64,000 nt of DNA from a phage: sequence record PV730299.1; one strand, given 5' to 3'. The notes beneath the pieces were generated by a model, which ran no database searches, had not been told where the DNA came from, and saw nothing but the letters and a program-made list of their open reading frames with translations. Each line of letters opens with the position of its first letter. The stretch's first letter is position 1. A program made the translations under genes and the position numbers. Shown piece by piece: positions 19,521 to 27,944 of this stretch.

Positions 19521-19760
19521 TTAACCTTTAAGCACTTGATTTGCTGGGTCAATTTCAATAATGTCGAACACGTCCGAAAACGTCTTCTTACCTTCGTCGT
19601 GCGTGTGATACTCAACGACATATGAGCGACCATCAGGGGTAACGTAACGAATACGATCCGTCTGGTCAGCATTCTCGTTCAGGCTACCCACACGCCAGCG
19701 CATTGCGCCAGGAAGAAACTCGGCAGCTTTCATTGCGCTGTAAATTGATTCTTTGCTCAT
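19521..19760 (-). CDS. hypothetical protein
   Basis: 79-aa ORF followed by hairpin terminator. Confidence 0.4.
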   Translation of the reverse strand: MSKESIYSAMKAAEFLPGAMRWRVGSLNENADQTDRIRYVTPDGRSYVVEYHTHDEGKKTFSDVFDIIEIDPANQVLKG

Positions 19761-19767
19761 AATAGAC

Positions 19768-20013
19768 CTACACTAATTTCTTGGACTTTAGCGCGTCTTT
19801 GATCAGGCGCGCATCGGAGCACTCAGCTGTCAGTCGTGACAACAATGGTGCTGTAATCATCTTTTTGACTTTGGTCTCGTCTATGTCGTTCTCTTCACAG
19901 ACAGCTGCCAGAGTCTCAAGGATACTATCCTTGGTTTGGGCGGCGCGTAGTAGGACGATTTCAGAAAATAATTCTGGTGTCATCACAAGCGCTGGCTGTT
20001 TTTCGTCAGACAT
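19768..20013 (-). CDS. hypothetical protein
   Basis: 81-aa ORF, overlaps next gene by 8 nt. Confidence 0.4.
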   Translation of the reverse strand: MSDEKQPALVMTPELFSEIVLLRAAQTKDSILETLAAVCEENDIDETKVKKMITAPLLSRLTAECSDARLIKDALKSKKLV

Positions 20014-20251
20014 CGATTGTGTTCCCCTTACCCGAACCCTTCTTTATCGTACGCAAGACGTCCTTGAAGCCGTCTGGAGCTGATTGTGGTCCCTTCACCC
20101 CAGAGACAATCTTGGGAGCACCCACGACCATTTTAATCTCCCCTCCGCACTCAGTGCAGGGGTTGGATTCAGGCTCATGGCGATCTGCAATAGATTTACG
20201 CAGTATCATCGCGTTACCACAGCCCTTGCATTGATAATCATACAGCGGCAT
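20006..20251 (-). CDS. FmdB-family zinc-ribbon protein
   Basis: 81 aa; MPLYDYQCKGCG...CTECGG zinc ribbon. Confidence 0.5.
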   Translation of the reverse strand: MPLYDYQCKGCGNAMILRKSIADRHEPESNPCTECGGEIKMVVGAPKIVSGVKGPQSAPDGFKDVLRTIKKGSGKGNTIDV

Positions 20252-20552
20252 GGAACACCCCCACGGTTGTCAGTACGAAACGTACCATAATGATAACCAG
20301 CAACATCACTGTAGAAAACACTACACGCTTGATCATTTTATCGCGCATGTGGATGAACTGATATGAGAGGATAGCCTCGGCCTGTTGATCGGCACGAACG
20401 TTCGTGTCACGATGTGGGGATAGTGTGTAGAAGTTGATCTGGTACACATACGCATGAACCAGAGTGAAGAACGACTTCACCCAGACCAAGACAACCACTA
20501 ACAACAAAGCGAACGTCAGGAAGTTCGCCAACAACCAATAATCGACCATCAT
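20238..20552 (-). CDS. membrane protein
   Basis: 104 aa with two hydrophobic helices. Confidence 0.4.
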   Translation of the reverse strand: MMVDYWLLANFLTFALLLVVVLVWVKSFFTLVHAYVYQINFYTLSPHRDTNVRADQQAEAILSYQFIHMRDKMIKRVVFSTVMLLVIIMVRFVLTTVGVFHAAV

Positions 20553-21139
20553 ATACCTCTGTTGAAGTCTGGATTATTCTCAATGAAGTAAGAGCCACAA
20601 GCCATTATCGCAAACGAATCCACGAGGTCATCGATTGGCTTAGGATCCTTAACTTCCAACATATCCATTATACCGCGCATGCTAACATTGAACAGTGACT
20701 CGAAGTGAGCGATCATGGCGTGTTTATCCGCGTTGCCCTTGTCGGTGAACATCTTCTTCACATGGGATGGCGTCACGATCTGGAAGTCAAAATTGTTACG
20801 GCGCAGGGCTTGCTTCAACAGTGAGGTATTCTCTGCGGTCTGGCATATGTTGTTGGAGTTCTTAGAGTTGCCCATAGCATACCCTTCAAGAGTGATCACA
20901 TCCGGCTTCTCAGTCAACAGGACAGCCTCAGCCCATTTACAAATGTTATAGAAGCGTTCTTCTGGGGTCTCCCACTTCGGTTGCTTCATGATAAGGATAT
21001 TCTGACGAATCTGAGTGCAGTACTTCTCCACAGTATAATATGCGTAGAAGCGCAGATGATCAAAATCAAGAGGGTCTTTGTCATCCCAGAAGCACAGGGA
21101 TGGACAGCCATAGGAGTAGTCGATTCCGCAATATTTCAT
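20549..21139 (-). CDS. RuvC-like Holliday junction resolvase (tentative)
   Basis: 196 aa; N-terminal CGIDYSYG, ITLEGY and C-terminal DDLVDSFAIMACGSYF resemble RuvC/RNase-H-fold resolvase catalytic blocks. Confidence 0.5.
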   Translation of the reverse strand: MKYCGIDYSYGCPSLCFWDDKDPLDFDHLRFYAYYTVEKYCTQIRQNILIMKQPKWETPEERFYNICKWAEAVLLTEKPDVITLEGYAMGNSKNSNNICQTAENTSLLKQALRRNNFDFQIVTPSHVKKMFTDKGNADKHAMIAHFESLFNVSMRGIMDMLEVKDPKPIDDLVDSFAIMACGSYFIENNPDFNRGI

Positions 21140-21140
21140 G

Positions 21141-21183
21141 TAAATAGCCCATAACGAAGTTTCATTGGTGTATGGGCTATTTA
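21141..21183 (-). promoter_or_regulatory. 13-bp stem-loop immediately upstream of RuvC-like start codon
   Basis: TAAATAGCCCATA-17 nt loop-TATGGGCTATTTA ending 1-2 nt before ATG; no obvious SD. Confidence 0.35.
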
Positions 21184-21190
21184 CGCCGGG

Positions 21191-21682
21191 TTAACGGGTG
21201 ATGATTTTGCTATCAGGCAGGATCAGACCAGGGTGGTCCAGGTTCTTCTGCATCTGTTGGATACTCTGCAGGATCACGGTAGTGTCGATGTGGCGTTTCA
21301 CTTTGCGCGCTTCATCACCGTAGGAGATCTGCCCCTGAGGATCGATGTAGTGGGCTGTCACAACCTGCAGATCATAACCACACTTGATCAGGTACTTGGC
21401 AATGTTGCTAACTTCGAGAGACAGGGACTCACCGTCCACACCGATGTTGGCTGAGTAGACGATTACGCCATTTTCTACTGCTTTTGGTTCAAACAAAACC
21501 ATACCAGCGATCGTCTGGATCAAAGGAACTCCCTCGGTATCGAAAGCCACCTGATCGAACGCACCGATGAACTCATCCGGCACTTTACCTTCGGCATCAG
21601 AAACTGTGTGTTTCATAAGGTCCAGGACGTGTTGTTGTACTTCCTCAATCGGAGCACGTTCAACGGGTTTTTCGTTTTGCAT
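21191..21682 (-). CDS. hypothetical protein
   Basis: Start moved to MQNEK (GGAG RBS, 8-nt spacing). Confidence 0.4.
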   Translation of the reverse strand: MQNEKPVERAPIEEVQQHVLDLMKHTVSDAEGKVPDEFIGAFDQVAFDTEGVPLIQTIAGMVLFEPKAVENGVIVYSANIGVDGESLSLEVSNIAKYLIKCGYDLQVVTAHYIDPQGQISYGDEARKVKRHIDTTVILQSIQQMQKNLDHPGLILPDSKIITR

Positions 21683-22190
21683 TACTTTTCTCCAGTTCAT
21701 AATCGCGCTCCACAACGTATTGGTAGACACGCATCTTAATATAGTCAGCACTGCCTGCTGAAGACAGTACCATCCATCCACTACTAAGGGCATTCATCTT
21801 ATATTGACCAACACCCTCTTGAAAATAACTTTTAATCTGTTCCAGCTTTCGCCCACGATGATAATACGAGATGAGTTCGCCGATGACAATACAATCTGGA
21901 TAATGCTTTTCCAATGTATTGATGTTGCGGTGAACATATACGGGTAGAACTTCTTCATCGTCGATAGGGCTGTAGTATGGGTCTACGATGACCACTTGTA
22001 GACCATAACGCAGCAGGTCTTTGACACCCAGCCGACAGAACTTATAATCTTCGTGTTTCATTGCCACATGGAGGATATTCTCTTTCTTGGCATAATCGGT
22101 CAGGAAGATAAAGAAGTCTGTGTTGGGATCGGGATATTGTATAGACAGTTCTTTGCCTATTTCACTAAAACAAAATCCGCGCATTTTCAT
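21660..22190 (-). CDS. hypothetical protein
   Basis: 176-aa ORF; no motif recognised. Confidence 0.4.
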   Translation of the reverse strand: MKMRGFCFSEIGKELSIQYPDPNTDFFIFLTDYAKKENILHVAMKHEDYKFCRLGVKDLLRYGLQVVIVDPYYSPIDDEEVLPVYVHRNINTLEKHYPDCIVIGELISYYHRGRKLEQIKSYFQEGVGQYKMNALSSGWMVLSSAGSADYIKMRVYQYVVERDYELEKSNAKRKTR

Positions 22191-22197
22191 TCCTCGT

Positions 22198-22205
22198 TAT
22201 AATTA
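22198..22205 (+). promoter_or_regulatory. late promoter-like box, variant TATAATTA (or sigma70 -10)
   Basis: 28 nt upstream of ATG at 22234. Confidence 0.25.
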
Positions 22206-22233
22206 CTCTTACAATATACCGTGGAGATACATT

Positions 22234-23040
22234 ATGAATTTACCATCATTGCCCAGAACAGAAAAGACATATAAAAGCGACTTTTGGCCTACTGTGATCA
22301 AATATCGCGCCTTTACTGCGGGGCAACAAACTTTATTACTTCAGGTGTCAGATCCGCAAACGCCGATTGAAGAACGCGCGGCCATGATGGAGAGTCTCTT
22401 TAGCGAGTGTGTAAATGCAGGCGCACCTTTCAGTAAACTGCCAATCGGCGTTGTTGAGGAAGTGTTCATCCGCATGCGCATGATCTCCATCGGTGAATTG
22501 ATGAAGATTCGTTATAAGTGCAATAATCAGATTGAAGAAACGATCGATCTGGGAGATGGTCAAGAAAAGCACCAGATGGTTCCCTGTGAGCAGGAACTGA
22601 CTCTACCTATCCCGTTGAACAATGTCAAATGCATTGCTCAGGACGGCTTCCGGGAAACATTTGACCTGCCAGGTGGATATCACCTCAAGATGCGCCAACC
22701 TTCCTTCTCGGACGCTACGGCACTGTCTGATGCTGCAAGTGTTGAGATGATGCTGGCCACCTTTATCGACTGTCTGTACGATGATGACGGTCAGGTGTGG
22801 AAGGTTGAGAATCCTGAAGAAATCGGAATCACTCCAGAAGAGGCTACTGAGCGCCGCCGTGTGAAAGAAGCGTTTGTTGAGTGGGTGAAGGATAACATCG
22901 AATCAGATGTTATTGACAGCATTACGAAGAACTTCTTCCACAAAATACCGCGCATCCACTACAAGAGTTCGATCAAGTGTCCGAAATGTGGTAAGGAGCA
23001 CAAAATCGAATTCAATAGTATTAATGAAATTTTCATTTAA
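22234..23040 (+). CDS. hypothetical protein with C-terminal zinc ribbon (possible baseplate-associated)
   Basis: Start moved to MNLPSL (GGAG RBS); C-terminal CPKCGKEH; first gene of plus-strand block ending with gp5-like and gp25-like genes. Confidence 0.45.
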   Translation: MNLPSLPRTEKTYKSDFWPTVIKYRAFTAGQQTLLLQVSDPQTPIEERAAMMESLFSECVNAGAPFSKLPIGVVEEVFIRMRMISIGELMKIRYKCNNQIEETIDLGDGQEKHQMVPCEQELTLPIPLNNVKCIAQDGFRETFDLPGGYHLKMRQPSFSDATALSDAASVEMMLATFIDCLYDDDGQVWKVENPEEIGITPEEATERRRVKEAFVEWVKDNIESDVIDSITKNFFHKIPRIHYKSSIKCPKCGKEHKIEFNSINEIFI

Positions 23041-23189
23041 TGTTTGAAACTGATTTATTATCCTACTTCGTGATGTGTGATGAATTGAAGTTACACGGCT
23101 ATAGCATATTTGAAATCAACGAGTCGATGCCATGGCATCTTGACTTGTTAACCGAAGCCCTCAAGGTCAGGTTGTCTAAGAAACAGTAA
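23040..23189 (+). CDS. small ORF (49 aa)
   Basis: ATG overlapping stop of upstream gene (TAATG); ends just before a strong terminator. Confidence 0.25.
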   Translation: MFETDLLSYFVMCDELKLHGYSIFEINESMPWHLDLLTEALKVRLSKKQ

Positions 23190-23213
23190 TCCCGCTTCGG
23201 CGGGATTTTTATT
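23188..23213 (+). terminator. rho-independent terminator
   Basis: ATCCCGC-ttcg-GCGGGAT followed by TTTTTATT, after plus-strand genes ending at 23040/23189. Confidence 0.65.
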
Positions 23214-23510
23214 GGCTTAACTGCAAAATAGGTTAACACGCGTTCTCTTTACCTAAAATTGTTATAATGGGCTTGTTCCCGAGTCATTTGTTGGTGTTTG
23301 TCTGTTTTGAATCAGATTGTCAGTAAAATACCATTTTTCAAGGAGTGTTCTGGGGTGTACAGTTATTGCCTCGCCCTTATGCCTCCATGGCATTGGAATG
23401 GTGCTGCCCGCATAGGGCGGTTTGATGAGCGAAGCGAATAGGATCGAATAAAACAAATAAAATGAACGGAAGCAGAGCTTCCTATAGTATATAAGGCAAA
23501 ATCAGCTGCG

Positions 23511-23518
23511 CATAAATA
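23511..23518 (+). promoter_or_regulatory. late promoter-like box, variant CATAAATA
   Basis: 34 nt upstream of gp5-like ATG, same spacing as the exact boxes. Confidence 0.35.
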
Positions 23519-23552
23519 CCTTCAAATCCTTGTTTGACAACCGGAACTCAAT

Positions 23553-25163
23553 ATGTTAGACAATATGAGATGGTTTTACGGCACCGTTGAAGATGTCAAC
23601 GATCCAGACCAAAACGGGCGCGTCGCCGTCCGCATATATGGCGTACACACCGACGATCCCGTCCTCCTGCCTACAGACAAACTCCCATGGGCGAAGGTAC
23701 TGATGCCTGCTTCTAACGCCTCCTCTGCTGGTTTAGGTTGGTCTCCAACGGGTATCATTCCTGGTACTGAGGTTATGGGGTTCGCCCTTGACGAAGCATA
23801 CCAGAATTTACGCATCACCTGGACTTGGACTGGTTCAAGCCCTACTGATGGCGCCGACACAAACCCGCTGGCTCTCGGGCAGGTCGTTCAATCTGTAGAA
23901 CGTCAGGCGTACAACGCTGTCACTGACGTTCCTGTGAAACAAGAAGACGAACCACAACCAGATCCACAACCACCTGTTGGTGGGTATGATCCAGAGAAGT
24001 GGATGACAATCGCTCGTGGCGAATTGGGTATCAAGGAGTACGCCGGAAAGTTCAATAACAACCCGCGCATTATAGAATATCACAAGACAACCTCCCTTGG
24101 TGCTTCTGAAGATGAAGTGTCGTGGTGTGCGGCGTTCGTGGGTTGGGTTATGATACAGGCTGGATACACGTCTACACGCTCCGCTCTTGCCCGATCTTAC
24201 CTTACATGGGGCACTGCACTGTCAGCACCACAATATGGCGCTATCGTAGTCTTCCGGCGTGGTAACAACCCTACATTTGGACACGTAGCGTTTGTGCAGA
24301 AGTTCGATGCAAACTATGTCTGGTGTATTGGTGGCAACCAATCCGATTCAGTGAAGGTCAGTCGTTTCAGACGTTCTTCGGTCTTGGGATATCGTTGGCC
24401 TGGTCCTGCTAACACAGCCACAGCCGCGCCTGCGCAGCAGAATGGTAAATGGTCAGAACCTATCCCAGATCGTACTCCAAAGGAACAACCGACTCCGGCT
24501 CCTACTGGGCGAGTACAGGATATTGACAACACTGGAGAAACCATGGTTCCGGCTGCGGGTGGCTCTAAATACCCGTACAATAACGTCATGGTGTCCCGAG
24601 CTGGGCATATTATGGAAGTGGATGACACCCCTGGTGGTGAACGTCTTCATTGGATGCATAAGTCTGGGTCTTACAAGCAAATGTTGCCGGATGGTGATGT
24701 GGTCAACAAGTCCGTCAAAGACCACTATGACCTGACGATGTTCAACAAGCGTTATTATGTCGGCGGGGACCACAACCTGACGGTCAAAGGAACTGAAGTT
24801 CAGCGCAAGACAGGTGAGGTCTATCATTTGCATTCCAACAATTACTCCAACGTGGTTGCGGGCACAGCGCTGATGAAATTCAGTGACCTAGCCGAGTTTC
24901 AAGCGCAGAATATTCTGCGCATTATCTGCGAGACTCTGGAGGTCGGTGGGACATTGAAGGTTCCTAAGATTCTAACGACTGAGATCATCGCTGACAAACT
25001 GACTGTCGCTCAGACGATCAATGGTAACATCATATATGCCGAAGGTGCTGGTCGCGCTTCTTCTCTGTCAGGTGCAACCCCTGCATCCCCTACGGGTCCG
25101 GGTGAGATTGACATCAAGGCAGAATTAAAAGACAATGGTGGTAATTTCGGCACCAAAGAGTAA
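23553..25163 (+). CDS. baseplate central spike/hub protein with CHAP peptidase domain (gp5-like)
   Basis: 536 aa; N-terminal OB-like YGTVEDVNDPDQNGRVAVRIYGVHTD; central Cys/His amidase pair (SWCAAFVGW ... FGHVAFV) typical of CHAP/NlpC-P60; C-terminal beta-helix-like region. Confidence 0.7.
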   Translation: MLDNMRWFYGTVEDVNDPDQNGRVAVRIYGVHTDDPVLLPTDKLPWAKVLMPASNASSAGLGWSPTGIIPGTEVMGFALDEAYQNLRITWTWTGSSPTDGADTNPLALGQVVQSVERQAYNAVTDVPVKQEDEPQPDPQPPVGGYDPEKWMTIARGELGIKEYAGKFNNNPRIIEYHKTTSLGASEDEVSWCAAFVGWVMIQAGYTSTRSALARSYLTWGTALSAPQYGAIVVFRRGNNPTFGHVAFVQKFDANYVWCIGGNQSDSVKVSRFRRSSVLGYRWPGPANTATAAPAQQNGKWSEPIPDRTPKEQPTPAPTGRVQDIDNTGETMVPAAGGSKYPYNNVMVSRAGHIMEVDDTPGGERLHWMHKSGSYKQMLPDGDVVNKSVKDHYDLTMFNKRYYVGGDHNLTVKGTEVQRKTGEVYHLHSNNYSNVVAGTALMKFSDLAEFQAQNILRIICETLEVGGTLKVPKILTTEIIADKLTVAQTINGNIIYAEGAGRASSLSGATPASPTGPGEIDIKAELKDNGGNFGTKE

Positions 25164-25236
25164 GTTGGTATAAGTTTAGTGGCAGAGGGACAGCACGTCT
25201 CTCTGCTCCTTATAGGCATCCTGAGAGGATCGCGAA

Positions 25237-25617
25237 ATGAAAGAGTATAAAGATGTCGATCTGAAGTTCGGCATGCATCCGGTGACCAAAGACGTCACTA
25301 TGAAATCAGGTGTGTATGCTGTCTTACAATCCGTGCGGAATATCGTCATGTCTTCAGTCGGGGACTGGCCCACTTATCCTGGGATCGGCGCGGGGCTTTA
25401 TGGGCTGTTGGGTGAAAACACGACACCGACTATCCAGGTAGATGTGAAGAACAAAGTAGAGGACGCTATCGCCCTGTATGAACCCAGAGCAGAGGTAGAA
25501 GAAGTCACGGTGAGTCTGTCAGAGGATTACCATTCTCTGGGCGTGACCATCACATTCTATGTGGTCAACAATCCAGATCCAATAACAGACACCGTGTGGT
25601 TGAAAAGGACGAATTAG
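25237..25617 (+). CDS. baseplate wedge protein (gp25/GPW family)
   Basis: 126 aa; typical gp25-like size and pattern. Confidence 0.75.
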   Translation: MKEYKDVDLKFGMHPVTKDVTMKSGVYAVLQSVRNIVMSSVGDWPTYPGIGAGLYGLLGENTTPTIQVDVKNKVEDAIALYEPRAEVEEVTVSLSEDYHSLGVTITFYVVNNPDPITDTVWLKRTN

Positions 25618-25964
25618 AATTTCGTCCTGAATGCCGGAGCCACGACTAACATGAAGTGGCTCAATAACCTGAACATCTCTTTACCGTTGAATTGGTAGAG
25701 GATAATCATCGGCCTGACGTCAACCACTGATCCCTCCAGCTTCTTGTTCAACACAAATCTGGAACCCACACTGACCTGTCCGCGCTCTTCGTCTCCTGGT
25801 TTGTCGTAGACCACGCAACTGGTGGCATAACCGATTTGAGATCCATCCTCAGACCGCAAGGGCAGCATATGCCCTTCAGACATCAGATGATGCAGGTTCT
25901 GGTATAAACCTTTGTCTGGTATGGGGACTGCCAGCTGCATTCTCAACTCTTTGTAATCTTGCAT
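25614..25964 (-). CDS. hypothetical protein
   Basis: 116-aa ORF convergent with gp25-like gene. Confidence 0.4.
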   Translation of the reverse strand: MQDYKELRMQLAVPIPDKGLYQNLHHLMSEGHMLPLRSEDGSQIGYATSCVVYDKPGDEERGQVSVGSRFVLNKKLEGSVVDVRPMIILYQFNGKEMFRLLSHFMLVVAPAFRTKF

Positions 25965-25969
25965 GAGGA

Positions 25970-26431
25970 CTACTCCGCCAGGGTGATCACAACCATATTT
26001 AAGACTGTGTCGATAGCTCGGCCTGTTTCCTCTTCATGGAGGGTTTCGGCTCGGAGGTGCACGTCGGTGATGAAATTGTCGATGTGCATTGAAGTCAGAT
26101 ACGGGCGGTGTTGACTGACCGGGCGGTTGACCAGAACATAATTGCGCAATGTGTTGAAGTCCTGATGAGAGCACCCCGTTGTATCGATACGAAGGAAGCG
26201 TTCGTTGTGACTTGTCTTCAACTCAGTCACCTTGCCAAGGTAGACCAGAGGTCCATTGCGACCGATACGGAACATGACATCAACAACAGACTTGAAGATT
26301 TCGCGTTCAATCAGTGCGGTGGGTGACCAGCAGATCTCTTCTTTGTCGTCGGCGTACAGGGTGTCGATCACCAGAGGGAGTTGAATGTAACCGAAGTTGT
26401 GCAGTGGGTTGGTGAGTACTTTGTTTGTCAT
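25970..26431 (-). CDS. hypothetical protein
   Basis: 153-aa ORF; start carries conserved AGGAACTATATC-ATG initiation motif. Confidence 0.4.
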   Translation of the reverse strand: MTNKVLTNPLHNFGYIQLPLVIDTLYADDKEEICWSPTALIEREIFKSVVDVMFRIGRNGPLVYLGKVTELKTSHNERFLRIDTTGCSHQDFNTLRNYVLVNRPVSQHRPYLTSMHIDNFITDVHLRAETLHEEETGRAIDTVLNMVVITLAE

Positions 26432-26499
26432 GATATAGTTCCTGCTTTTAATTTGTGGCGAATGCCAATGAATTACTGGGAAGTATAAGCGCAGGGATT

Positions 26500-26530
26500 A
26501 TAGAAGTAAAGCCCCTCAATGAGGGGCTTC
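26500..26530 (-). terminator. rho-independent terminator
   Basis: 9-bp stem AAGCCCCTC/GAGGGGCTT followed on minus strand by TTACTTCTA; downstream of NrdH-like gene. Confidence 0.55.
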
Positions 26531-26536
26531 GGCTTG

Positions 26537-26761
26537 TCAGCGTTTAAGGCTGGCGGCGAGTCCATTAACGTCGGTCACGGTCTGGTCAGCGAGGACGATT
26601 ACAGGCATCGACACGCGCGGCTTACCCGTCAACTGCTGAAGTTCTTCCAGCCGGTAATCTTTGTCCAGCTTGAGGATCTTGTGTTCCAGCCCTTTCATTT
26701 TGCACAGATTTTCGGCTGTTACACACTGAGCGCAACCTTGTTTGGAATAGATCGTAATCAT
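26537..26761 (-). CDS. glutaredoxin/NrdH-like redoxin
   Basis: 74 aa; redox motif CAQC near N-terminus; adjacent to nrdB/nrdA. Confidence 0.65.
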   Translation of the reverse strand: MITIYSKQGCAQCVTAENLCKMKGLEHKILKLDKDYRLEELQQLTGKPRVSMPVIVLADQTVTDVNGLAASLKR

Positions 26762-26770
26762 TTCTCACCT

Positions 26771-27874
26771 TTAAGCGAATTTGAGGCCATCGGATACCGA
26801 ACCAGTCAGTACACCCATCAGATAATCAGGAGCTTCCGCTTCCTGCAACGCGTACTGCATTGCCTTATTATCTAGCCAGTCATTAATCCATGGGACTGGG
26901 TTCTCCTTGCGAGGTTCACCGGGATATGGATGCCCGATAGCGCCCATCCGGTGGGTTGCCAGCCAGTCTACCATCTGATGAAGGATCTTGGCGTTCAGCC
27001 CCAGGATGGAACCGTCTTTGAATAGGTAGTTCGCCCACTCCTTCTCCTGATGGACCACGTCCAAGAACATCTGGGTCATCTCACCACGCAGTTCCTCACG
27101 GATGATTGCAAAGTCGGGGTCCATACCAGGCAGGCGGTTTAGCAGCGTCTGGGTCAGGATCAGGTGATCCTGCTCATCACGGGCGATCTGTCGAATGATT
27201 TTGGCATTGCCTTCCATCTTCTTCTGAAACTGTGTGAATGCCCAAGAGCATGCAAAGGACACGTAGAAGCGGATGCCTTCCAGTGTGTTGGCAGCAAACA
27301 GAGCACGCCAGAATGCGCGTTTGGCATTCATCAGATCTTCTCGGGTGAAGATGCGTCCGGCCATACGCATGCCACTGTACTGTACCATGTCATCGTAGTA
27401 CACACTGATCTGGTGAGCACAGTCCACGATCTCCACAACATCCAGTACGTGGTCAAACACGATACCTGGATCGTTCACAGTATTGCGCAAAATGTGGGTG
27501 TACGATAAAGAGTGAATGGCTTCCTGGCGCGTCCATTCAAGGACAGCAAACTGCATTTCAGGGGTAGACGCCCATGGACCAAACGCCTCGAACGGAGCCG
27601 CACCCTGGATAGAGTCCAGCATGGTCTGGCGCTTCAGGTTGCTGAAGTAGACATGTTTCTCTGCTTCGTTCAGAGTAGCGAAGTCTGCCTTGTCCTTGGT
27701 GATGTCCACCTCTTCAGGACGCCAGAACTGACTGAGACCTTTCTCATACCACTTCTGTACGAATGGCCAGGCCACGACATCGTAACGCTGGATGCTCACT
27801 GGGTCACCGAAGAACGGTAGACCAGTGTTGTCCGAGCTTGGGTCGAATACGGAGAATTGTTTCTGTTCGCTCAT
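26771..27874 (-). CDS. nrdB: ribonucleotide reductase class Ia beta subunit
   Basis: 367 aa with ferritin-like diiron/tyrosyl radical fold pattern; adjacent to nrdA. Confidence 0.9.
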   Translation of the reverse strand: MSEQKQFSVFDPSSDNTGLPFFGDPVSIQRYDVVAWPFVQKWYEKGLSQFWRPEEVDITKDKADFATLNEAEKHVYFSNLKRQTMLDSIQGAAPFEAFGPWASTPEMQFAVLEWTRQEAIHSLSYTHILRNTVNDPGIVFDHVLDVVEIVDCAHQISVYYDDMVQYSGMRMAGRIFTREDLMNAKRAFWRALFAANTLEGIRFYVSFACSWAFTQFQKKMEGNAKIIRQIARDEQDHLILTQTLLNRLPGMDPDFAIIREELRGEMTQMFLDVVHQEKEWANYLFKDGSILGLNAKILHQMVDWLATHRMGAIGHPYPGEPRKENPVPWINDWLDNKAMQYALQEAEAPDYLMGVLTGSVSDGLKFA

Positions 27875-27880
27875 GTTTCT

Positions 27881-27912
27881 TTCCTGATTAATAAGGGGTG
27901 ATCTCTCACCCC
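27881..27912 (-). terminator. intercistronic hairpin/terminator between nrdA and nrdB
   Basis: GGGGTGA-tctc-TCACCCC followed on minus strand by TTATTAATCAGG, then nrdB RBS. Confidence 0.5.
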
Positions 27913-27944
27913 TGATGATATAACGGTAGTAGGTTTAGACCAAT

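Noticed and set aside
23262-23456. 64-aa minus-strand ORF in the long intergenic region
   Set aside because: No Shine-Dalgarno sequence and would run against local plus-strand promoter/terminator signals
23217-23552. Possible tRNA gene in the longest non-coding stretch
   Set aside because: No T-loop consensus (GTTCRANYC) or cloverleaf-compatible pairing found by eye; no such motif seen in other intergenic regions. A tRNAscan/Infernal run would be decisive
26438-26445. MotA-box-like TGCTTTTA (also at about 39175) suggesting T4 middle promoters
   Set aside because: It is on the non-transcribed orientation relative to neighbouring genes, lacks a correctly spaced -10 TAnnnT, and is better explained as part of the conserved initiation-region motif
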